Positions 45,957 to 53,424 of a DNA stretch of 64,000 nt are shown here, piece after piece. Within the stretch, counting starts at the first letter, position 1. Every line of letters starts with the position of its first letter. The notes under the pieces are model-generated. The model did not search any database. It was not told where the DNA came from and saw only the letters and a program-made list of their open reading frames with translations. The translations under genes and the position numbers were made by a program. This DNA is from an uncultured virus (IMG/VR IMGVR_UViG_3300023173_001364) (lineage: Duplodnaviria; Heunggongvirae; Uroviricota; Caudoviricetes). The stretch is from IMG/VR virus record IMGVR_UViG_3300023173_001364, positions 1 through 64,000 of that record; one strand, given 5' to 3'.

Positions 45957-47164
45957 TTTACTAACCCTAAGTTAAATGCTTGGTTAGGTGTTGCACCTGG
46001 TACACCAAGAGGTTTTGGTTTACCATCGCCGCCAAAAAACTTTTTAGCCTGACGTTCTGTTTCGCCTGGTTTAACATCTACTGTAGTGTTAACACCTGGA
46101 ACAATTTTACCATCTTCTTTTATTGCTATTCTTTGATTCTTAACATCATCAAACATTTTGTTAAATTTATTTAATGTTTTATCTAGACTTGCATTTACTT
46201 TTTTCTTTTTGTTATCAGTGTTAGATACCGGTACATTGTTAGTATTTGGTGTGACTACCTTAGGTGATGATGTTTTTTGATTTGGTTCCATTTTGTTCCA
46301 TGGCTTAGATGTATCCCAATCTTTATTCGGAATCATTTCGGTAGGAACTTCAAAATCAAAAATACCAGGATCATAATATGGATTTGGTTGAGGATCACTG
46401 ATACTGTTAGATCCAGGTTCTCTTACAGTGTAATCTGGTAAGTCATGTCCTATTGACGGAAATACTCTTGCTCGTTCAGCAGGATCAAGTGTTCTGCGTA
46501 ATTCTCCGTAATCACGTGCACCTATTTCGCCAGATATTCTTCTGTAATCATCGTAATCTCCTCCTGTCATATCCAAGTTTCCACCGCTGCCCCAGCCTTC
46601 CTCGTCTTGTATAAGATGTTGAATTTCGTGTATAATTGTGTTGAGAATTTCATCGTCGGAGTTAAGGTCGCCCCAAGGATTGAGTGTACCGATACCAATT
46701 TGACCACCTCCGGCCCAACCTTGTTCTTCTGGATTACTAGAATTATCAAAAAATTCTATTTCTACATTTTTTAAAAATGGATATGACTTGAATATTTCGT
46801 CGTGGTTAAGAAATTTATTTAATTTTATTGGATTCATTGGCCTTTGATTTGATATAGTTGCGTTATGATCCGACACTTCTTGACGCCAACGTCCTTCTAA
46901 ACCTCTAACAGTGCCTGTTGCAGCCCATATTTCTTCCGGAGAATATCCTTGTGACTCCATTCGTTCCGCTTTACGAGCACGATCCGGATCCCACAATTTA
47001 GCCTGTTGTCCTATCATTGTTGTCTTGGTAGGTTTGATGTTTTTATCTGCTGTAGTAGCCGGTTGTCTAACAACTGGTGTGTTGTTAATTTCAGGATTAA
47101 GTTTTCCTAAGCCAACTGATGCTCTAGAACCCGGACCTTCGGATATAAATTCATTTAGTTTCAT
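45953..47164 (-). CDS. LPD23-like domain + zincin metallopeptidase, putative internal protein
   Basis: MKLNEFISE start; IW..TG..RGLEGRWRQEVSD; IIHEIQHLIQ..EG...GG; Y.R..GE..AR. Confidence 0.7.
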   Translation of the reverse strand: MKLNEFISEGPGSRASVGLGKLNPEINNTPVVRQPATTADKNIKPTKTTMIGQQAKLWDPDRARKAERMESQGYSPEEIWAATGTVRGLEGRWRQEVSDHNATISNQRPMNPIKLNKFLNHDEIFKSYPFLKNVEIEFFDNSSNPEEQGWAGGGQIGIGTLNPWGDLNSDDEILNTIIHEIQHLIQDEEGWGSGGNLDMTGGDYDDYRRISGEIGARDYGELRRTLDPAERARVFPSIGHDLPDYTVREPGSNSISDPQPNPYYDPGIFDFEVPTEMIPNKDWDTSKPWNKMEPNQKTSSPKVVTPNTNNVPVSNTDNKKKKVNASLDKTLNKFNKMFDDVKNQRIAIKEDGKIVPGVNTTVDVKPGETERQAKKFFGGDGKPKPLGVPGATPNQAFNLGLVK

Positions 47165-47469
47165 GATACTAACGCCGTTAATAATTGTAATATCTCTATT
47201 GGATATATTGTTTGTCTATCGCTTGAAAGAGATTGAATTCCTCTGCGCATTTTGTCAGCAGATTCTGGTGAAATATTTCCAGTACTTTCGAATCTATCAA
47301 TTATAATGTTTATTCTAGAAATATCAATTGGAAGTTCTTGCTGTACTGCTTCGTTCTTTTTACGACCGTCACAATGAGCACGTTGAGAGAATCCTTTTGG
47401 ATTATTACAATCAATTGAACGCTTGTACTTTGCGCTCCACTTCTCTCCTAGTATCTCATTAGTTTTCAT
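47161..47469 (-). CDS. Putative capsid-internal protein
   Basis: MKTNEILGE start; KWS.KYKRSIDC.NPKGFSQRAHC module. Confidence 0.65.
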   Translation of the reverse strand: MKTNEILGEKWSAKYKRSIDCNNPKGFSQRAHCDGRKKNEAVQQELPIDISRINIIIDRFESTGNISPESADKMRRGIQSLSSDRQTIYPIEILQLLTALVS

Positions 47470-47470
47470 A

Positions 47471-47821
47471 TTACCACTTTCTACATGACCAATAACGAGC
47501 TTTCCACTTTGGACCTGGATTGTCGCAATTATGTCTAGCACGGAAACTTTTACGTCTTTTCGGATTAGACTTCTTAATACGCATATTAGGATCACCAAAG
47601 TTTACTTTTACAACATTGCCTTTATCGTTTTTAACGTAAACTTTAAATTTCTTCACGTCACCACGCATTGGCTTGTTTAGTTTAACTTTACGTCCTTGAT
47701 ACTCTGCTTCGAATACACCTTCTTCTTCTGCATATCCTAGTTCGCCAAACTCTTCGTGAAAGTCTTGTGTATCTTCTAACGTAATTTCTTCGTTAAGTTG
47801 TGTAAATTCATAAATCTTCAT
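47471..47821 (-). CDS. Basic putative capsid-internal protein
   Basis: MKIYEFTQLNE start; KKFKVYVK...VNFGD...SFRARH.C...YWSC. Confidence 0.7.
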   Translation of the reverse strand: MKIYEFTQLNEEITLEDTQDFHEEFGELGYAEEEGVFEAEYQGRKVKLNKPMRGDVKKFKVYVKNDKGNVVKVNFGDPNMRIKKSNPKRRKSFRARHNCDNPGPKWKARYWSCRKW

Positions 47822-47825
47822 AAAA

Positions 47826-47868
47826 ACACCCTTGGTAATAGTCGTTAGTACTATTTATCCAAGGGTGT
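47826..47868 (-). promoter_or_regulatory. Late promoter (ATAAATA 47852-47858) within an RBS-sequestering hairpin
   Basis: Perfect 10-bp inverted repeat ACACCCTTGG/CCAAGGGTGT; 3' arm contains the RBS. Confidence 0.7.
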
Positions 47869-47885
47869 AAAGTTTTTAGTAAAAC

Positions 47886-48296
47886 TTATGGTGTTTCGTC
47901 ACCTTCGAGATCATCTGCATTAGTTAATGATGAATCGTCGCCTGCTTCTTCAATTTGTGCGCCGCCATCTGTCAGATCTGCGTCGAAGTTCCATGGATAT
48001 GTGTTGCCATCATTTCCTGTAACTTTTCTACCAGAAATTTTAGTAACTTGTAACTGGTCACCTGAATCATTCAATACTGTAATTGACATTTGACCTGCTG
48101 TAAGTGCTGCACTTGCTGCATCTGTTAGTGTGCAAACTGCAGTGTTAGTGCCGTCTGAACATAAAAAACGCTTTGACGCTTTTTGTTTTACAATCCATCC
48201 TGCTACACTAGCTGTACCATTATGGAATTGTACTTTGATTTCGTTTCCGCCTGCTGTTGGTGTTCCGAAAAATCTTTTGTTTAGTGGTCTTCCCAT
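47886..48296 (-). CDS. Putative virion structural protein
   Basis: MGRPLNK start; AAGGAG RBS; late motif at 48363-48369; A/G/T-rich composition. Confidence 0.65.
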   Translation of the reverse strand: MGRPLNKRFFGTPTAGGNEIKVQFHNGTASVAGWIVKQKASKRFLCSDGTNTAVCTLTDAASAALTAGQMSITVLNDSGDQLQVTKISGRKVTGNDGNTYPWNFDADLTDGGAQIEEAGDDSSLTNADDLEGDETP

Positions 48297-48348
48297 TTGT
48301 TTTCTCCTTTGACGTTCTAGGTCTACGGGGTGGTGTCCCCATAAGCTC

Positions 48349-48846
48349 TTATTGAGCAGTAGTATTTATCGGATATCTTCGAATACCTATAGCTTTATTA
48401 GGTTTATAATAGTCATACCGAACTTCATTGTTTTGATTACCGCCAAGTATTACCCAATATTCGGTGTTGTCTACTAGTCTTGTTTCTACGTAAAAGCCAA
48501 CGTGTCCTTGCCAACCTTGATTACCTCTTGGAAACACAACAACATCTCCACGTTGTATATTAGCACGTTCAACACGTTCTCCCCATTGTAAAAAACTTCT
48601 GGCCATTAACGGACTATCGCTGACACTTGAACTACCAGGTATATTATCTATCTCTAGTACACTGTTAACAAACGCTGCACACCATTCTGTTCGCACAGGA
48701 TCTACACCGACTAGTTCTTTCAACTCTGAACGATTTTGTCTTTCTTGCAAACCAATATATGGTTGTGCAGTAATAACACTATCGTTGGTACTAACAGTAT
48801 TACAGCCGCTGACAGCGGCTGCTAATAAAAAAATAATCACTCTCAT
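48349..48846 (-). CDS. TIGR02594-family NlpC/P60/CHAP-like peptidoglycan hydrolase lipoprotein
   Basis: Lipobox VSGC; WCAAFV, ARSFL.WG, GDVVVF.RG, GHVGF, LGGNQ. Confidence 0.85.
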   Translation of the reverse strand: MRVIIFLLAAAVSGCNTVSTNDSVITAQPYIGLQERQNRSELKELVGVDPVRTEWCAAFVNSVLEIDNIPGSSSVSDSPLMARSFLQWGERVERANIQRGDVVVFPRGNQGWQGHVGFYVETRLVDNTEYWVILGGNQNNEVRYDYYKPNKAIGIRRYPINTTAQ

Positions 48847-48861
48847 AAAGATATTTAGTGA

Positions 48862-49629
48862 TTATTCCTCTAAGAAAAAGTTCTCAATTTTAATGTAAGG
48901 AGTGCTATTATCAATATTGTGCAATATTTTGCTGGTTACTACATTAATAGTAGTGCCATTTTTAATACGTTTTTCAAACATAGGCAAAAATGCATTGTGT
49001 TTAGTATGTACCCATACCTTAACTGCACCATATTCACTTGCACAAATATACCATCTAATTTCTTTATGTGTATATTCATATACACTACGTACAAATAGTT
49101 TTCTATTATCGTAGTCTGCAGGGTTTTTTAGTTTTTTGTGTACATCATTTGTAAAGTAACTGATGTAATTGTTAAATGGAACAGTACCTAGTATACGACT
49201 TGCATCTTCTTCTAGTGTTTTAATGTTTGTATTTTCATTTAACTGTTGAACTGTTGTGTCTACATTAAATTGTAGTTCTAGCCAACGTGCAAGTCCTATA
49301 TAACTGTTAATGTCGTCTTGTCTAGTGCGATGCCCCCAGGAGTTTCTGTCATTGTATGATTTATTTTCGATAAAACGTTGTAGTGTACTTCTAAAACTTG
49401 TTAAGGATTCTCCTGTAAGTTTAGCACTAATAAACATTGTACGATAGTAGTCCCAAATAGCAGTAGCCTTTTCCATACTAATTTGAGGATTGGCTAACAT
49501 AAAAATATCAAAGTTTGTAGTTTTATTTGGAATACACTGAAATTTATGTTCTTCTCCATTTAGATAGAATGTTTGAATTTTATCGTCTTCTTGTTCACGA
49601 ACTAAATTATAATCGCTTTCGTAATCCAT
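48862..49629 (-). CDS. Hypothetical protein
   Basis: 255-aa ORF coupled to uvsE. Confidence 0.65.
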   Translation of the reverse strand: MDYESDYNLVREQEDDKIQTFYLNGEEHKFQCIPNKTTNFDIFMLANPQISMEKATAIWDYYRTMFISAKLTGESLTSFRSTLQRFIENKSYNDRNSWGHRTRQDDINSYIGLARWLELQFNVDTTVQQLNENTNIKTLEEDASRILGTVPFNNYISYFTNDVHKKLKNPADYDNRKLFVRSVYEYTHKEIRWYICASEYGAVKVWVHTKHNAFLPMFEKRIKNGTTINVVTSKILHNIDNSTPYIKIENFFLEE

Positions 49630-50675
49630 TATGCTGCCTTACTTGTAAATGGGTCTTTTTGCATTAAGTAGTGCTGATACAATTGTGCACTAGCTAAGTT
49701 TTTATTTTTTGCTTCTACCATGATATCAAAGTCTTCCCAAAAGCTCAACGCCCAGTCGTTGCAGGCGCTGTTCCAACACATATCACTGTGTGCTCTTAGT
49801 TTGGCTTTTTTGTATCCTTGTTCAAGTAGTGAGTCCATGTCTGGTCGTACACTCGGTCTAGCAGTTTCCAATAAAGATTCACGGCTAAGACTGTAATGCA
49901 TAGTAGGACGGACACCCCGCCAACTATCGATAATACGGTTAATGCGAACATCATCTCGTGCAATATATTCTCCTGTACGCACCCAATGGTGATGTATATC
50001 TATCACTAGTGCTACATGTTTACTTAGCTCGAGTATAGATTCGAGTCCCCACGCATTTTCTTCGTTTTCAATGGTAATTGTGTTTCGTGCTTCTGTAGAG
50101 AGTCTTGGAAGGATGTCTTTGATACCTTCTGGACCTTTTCTGCCGGCGATGTGGACGTTACATTTGAAGTCTTGCCATGTCTGACCATAGCCCATCCACC
50201 TGATGATATCCGCATGATATTCAAACTCCTCTAAACTACGTTCTACAACATCCGGATTATCGGAAGCAAGAACGGTAAACTGACCAGGGTGCATAGACAA
50301 GCGTACATCAAACTCACGTGCAATGTCGCCAATTGCTTTGTACGCTCGCTCGAGCCTTGTTCTGAGATCTGGTTGCCGATAGAAATAAGACCAATCACTG
50401 TGAGTATAAGCAGGAAGAAGACCGCTTCCAATACGAACCATACGTAACTGGGGTGGTAAAGATCCAACATATCTAATTAGCCTTTCCAGTGCACTGATGT
50501 TGTGCTCTATAATCTCGTATAAACGTTGTTCTGCTACATCACGTGTTTGATTGTTAAGCCATGTAATAGTAGTAGCACGTTCATTAAAAGGACGTTGTAT
50601 GTCCTCTAGTAATTTCTTTTTAATGCTTTGATCATGATGCAAATACTTACATGCAAAGCCGATACGTTTGATCAT
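49629..50675 (-). CDS. uvsE: UV-damage endonuclease
   Basis: RIGFAC, RLSMHPGQF.VL.S, TIENEE, DIHHH, HYS, AHSD, DIMVEAK.K. Confidence 0.93.
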   Translation of the reverse strand: MIKRIGFACKYLHHDQSIKKKLLEDIQRPFNERATTITWLNNQTRDVAEQRLYEIIEHNISALERLIRYVGSLPPQLRMVRIGSGLLPAYTHSDWSYFYRQPDLRTRLERAYKAIGDIAREFDVRLSMHPGQFTVLASDNPDVVERSLEEFEYHADIIRWMGYGQTWQDFKCNVHIAGRKGPEGIKDILPRLSTEARNTITIENEENAWGLESILELSKHVALVIDIHHHWVRTGEYIARDDVRINRIIDSWRGVRPTMHYSLSRESLLETARPSVRPDMDSLLEQGYKKAKLRAHSDMCWNSACNDWALSFWEDFDIMVEAKNKNLASAQLYQHYLMQKDPFTSKAA

Positions 50676-50706
50676 AATGTTATCTCACTGTTACGTTATC
50701 GTATAT

Positions 50707-50735
50707 AATGTAACACGTATATCACATAAAGTCAA
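50707..50735 (-). promoter_or_regulatory. sigma70-type promoter for uvsE
   Basis: TTGACT-17nt-TACATT. Confidence 0.6.
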
Positions 50736-51289
50736 ACAAATTTGTCTTTATTTTTAATATAATAATCTAATAATTCTTTATCTTCAGTCATTCTTCTGCG
50801 TCTATATGATTCTGGTAAATCATCCCACGGACGCATAGCAGGATGTGTTTTGTTAACTTGGTCAAAGTTTAATCCAAACCTCCAACCTTTATCTTGTTGT
50901 TCTGTAATCCATTTGTTATGATTTTGACGTTCCATAGTTAGCATAATTATTTCACGAGCACCATCATCCATTTGTACATCATACTCAAACGGATGACCGA
51001 AGTTTGCCTTAGAGCGATATACATTACTACTTTCAATTTGGAAGTCGTGTTCAGTAACACGCATATATCCTTCAACAATACGTTCTGCTTCATCTGCAGT
51101 AAGATGTCTTACTAACGGAATGATATACAAATAGTCTGTATCTTGCATACCTAACATCAAATTATTAGTATCGTCGTCTCCTGCCATTATAGCATCAGGG
51201 CCGAGCATATCAACAGTATAATACCATTTTTGTATTTGATCTGCAGTTAGTGCGTATGAACTACGTTGAAGGATATAAAAATCTTGCAT
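50732..51289 (-). CDS. Protein with C-terminal RyR domain
   Basis: HNKW......GWRFG......KTHPAMRPWDDLP. Confidence 0.75.
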   Translation of the reverse strand: MQDFYILQRSSYALTADQIQKWYYTVDMLGPDAIMAGDDDTNNLMLGMQDTDYLYIIPLVRHLTADEAERIVEGYMRVTEHDFQIESSNVYRSKANFGHPFEYDVQMDDGAREIIMLTMERQNHNKWITEQQDKGWRFGLNFDQVNKTHPAMRPWDDLPESYRRRRMTEDKELLDYYIKNKDKFV

Positions 51290-51297
51290 GTGTTACC

Positions 51298-51765
51298 TTA
51301 TTTTTTTGTTTTACTTTTACTTTGAGTAAATGCTTGTCCACCAAAGAATGCAGCAACAATAGCAGCAACTGACACAAAGTATGTAGCAGCCATATCGCCT
51401 AAAATTTTGCCTGCTTGATCTAAACTAAACGCTACTGCTAGTACTACTGCAAAAGGATATAATAACATACCTCCTAGTGCAAACCAAGCCATTTTTCTTT
51501 GTGCATCACGCATTGCATCTGCATCTTCAAATTCTTTACGTCTGAATTCGAGATACATTGCATGTTCTTCTGCATCTACTATTCCGTCACCATTTGTATC
51601 AGCTTCGTGGAATCCAGTTGGCGCTGTTGATACAGGTGCTGGCGCTCCTACTGGAGCTGGTGCGGCTGCTGGAGCCGGCTTTGGTGCGGCGGTCGGTGTA
51701 GTTGCAGTTGCAGCTTTTCCAGGCCCTCCAGCACTTTTTAATTCTTCGGGTTTTTTTCTTGGCAT
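51298..51765 (-). CDS. EF-hand-containing two-TM membrane protein
   Basis: DTNGDGIVDAEE loop; two C-terminal TM helices; Pro/Ala linker. Confidence 0.7.
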   Translation of the reverse strand: MPRKKPEELKSAGGPGKAATATTPTAAPKPAPAAAPAPVGAPAPVSTAPTGFHEADTNGDGIVDAEEHAMYLEFRRKEFEDADAMRDAQRKMAWFALGGMLLYPFAVVLAVAFSLDQAGKILGDMAATYFVSVAAIVAAFFGGQAFTQSKSKTKK

Positions 51766-51793
51766 TAAAATTTCCTCTGTCTATGTCACTCTC

Positions 51794-52120
51794 TTAAAAG
51801 TCGAAATCTGCTACTGTAGTAGTACTACAATCGTAATCGTTATCTCCGACTGTTGCACCTAAACTTTGCATTGCATTTTCTAATGTTGCTGCAGTCCATG
51901 TACTATTTTCAACTGCAATTCTAAATGCACCATTGTTTTCTGCACCTACTGCAAGAAGTGTTCCTTCTCTGCCGATAAGTTCTACAATTGCTTCGACTGC
52001 TTCTCCTGGATTTAATTCGTTTGCCAGTGAGCTGCCAGTATTAATACTGTAAAAACTCACAGGAGCACCAAAGTTTTGTACATCAAACTCTAACACATTT
52101 GTTGAATTTCTGGTTACCAT
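51794..52120 (-). CDS. Putative small structural (decoration-like) protein
   Basis: Late motif 52145-52151; AAGGAG RBS. Confidence 0.55.
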   Translation of the reverse strand: MVTRNSTNVLEFDVQNFGAPVSFYSINTGSSLANELNPGEAVEAIVELIGREGTLLAVGAENNGAFRIAVENSTWTAATLENAMQSLGATVGDNDYDCSTTTVADFDF

Positions 52121-52160
52121 TTCTATAACTCCTTAATATAAGTGTATTTATCTAGCCAAC

Positions 52161-52187
52161 AAAAAAGCCCCGACTAGCGAGGCTTTT
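52161..52187 (-). terminator. Intrinsic terminator
   Basis: AAAAGCC...GGCTTTT inverted repeat with T-run on the minus strand. Confidence 0.7.
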
Positions 52188-52210
52188 AAGTTTAAACGTT
52201 TTGTTTAATA

Positions 52211-52447
52211 TTAGTCTACGAATGTTACAACTAGTGTTGAGTCAGTAAGTGTTGGTGCAGCACCTGTACCTTGGATTGCGATATGATCGCCGTTTGCTGT
52301 ACCTTCAACTGCTGCTACTGTGAAACCTGCTTCTGCTGCTTCTGTGCAAGCTACTGCTACGTTTGTTCCTGTTGCAACTACAAAAATATGTGTTTGTCCG
52401 CCTAGTCCGTTACCTGCACGAACTGCTGCTGTTGATGTTAAAGCCAT
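52211..52447 (-). CDS. Putative small structural (decoration-like) protein
   Basis: Ala/Thr/Gly-rich; own late motif (52495-52501), AGGAG RBS and terminator. Confidence 0.6.
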   Translation of the reverse strand: MALTSTAAVRAGNGLGGQTHIFVVATGTNVAVACTEAAEAGFTVAAVEGTANGDHIAIQGTGAAPTLTDSTLVVTFVD

Positions 52448-52520
52448 TTGCTTATCTCCTTGTTTGTGTTAGCATTCTATTCTGCTTATACATTTATTTA
52501 TCAAATTAATTTCAAAAATA

Positions 52521-52688
52521 CTAGTTTTCGGCAATAATTTCTACTAATTTTCCAGGTCCTGCTAGTTCTTGTACAACTGCTTCTAACTGTGCAAGTGTAC
52601 TTGAATCAAAAATTTCGCTAGGTTCCTGTGAATCTTTTAGTAGTTCGCTTACTTTAATAACAAACATTGATTCATTAAGTTTAGCCAT
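52521..52688 (-). CDS. Unannotated 55-aa late protein
   Basis: MAKLNESMFVIKVSELLK...LEAVVQELAG...VEI; AGGAG RBS; late motif 52714-52720. Confidence 0.7.
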   Translation of the reverse strand: MAKLNESMFVIKVSELLKDSQEPSEIFDSSTLAQLEAVVQELAGPGKLVEIIAEN

Positions 52689-52716
52689 AATACTACTCCT
52701 ATCATTATAGTAGTAT

Positions 52717-53424
52717 TTATTCTAAATCTTCTATTAGAACTACTTTTGTTGTACTAGTAATAATGTTTTTAAACATCAAATGCATTGTGCATACATCGCT
52801 ATAATCTATAAAGTATACAGATCCTGTAGAACTATACGGAATAAAAGTAGACCAACGTGGTCTTCTAAATGCACTACCCGAGCCTACATTTTTATACTGA
52901 TCTTCTAATGCTTTTAGTCTTGGATACTGTCGTATAGTGCTGTTTATATAATAAGTGTCTGGTTCAAAACTGCTGGTTACAAAGTCTGCTATGTCAATAA
53001 ATTGATCCATTTCATCACGAAACTTATACATATGACAACTTACTTTATATCTGTATTTGTTATAAAATAACTTTTTGCGTACACTTTGTGTTAGGTCTTG
53101 TACCATTAGATCTTTATGATCTCGACTTAACGGTCCTTGTATTTCGATAATATCATCGTTGTAATACTTAATAACATCCGACAAGGCTTGTTCTTCTTTA
53201 AGATATAAATTAAAACAATGATCATTACGTGACTTGTATTCGTGTTCAAGTCTACTCATTTGTCTTTTAATATTACTATTACGATGAAATAAATTTAAAA
53301 ATCCTCCATCGAACATGTCCCATCCCTTGAAACTAACACGGAATGGGAACTCTTTGTACCAGACTTTACTAGCTATTGTAAATCTAGAATCTGCTTTAAG
53401 CTGTTCGTATATGGATTTTGTCAT
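52717..53424 (-). CDS. Hypothetical phage protein
   Basis: LFYNKYRYKV motif with internal duplication. Confidence 0.65.
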   Translation of the reverse strand: MTKSIYEQLKADSRFTIASKVWYKEFPFRVSFKGWDMFDGGFLNLFHRNSNIKRQMSRLEHEYKSRNDHCFNLYLKEEQALSDVIKYYNDDIIEIQGPLSRDHKDLMVQDLTQSVRKKLFYNKYRYKVSCHMYKFRDEMDQFIDIADFVTSSFEPDTYYINSTIRQYPRLKALEDQYKNVGSGSAFRRPRWSTFIPYSSTGSVYFIDYSDVCTMHLMFKNIITSTTKVVLIEDLE

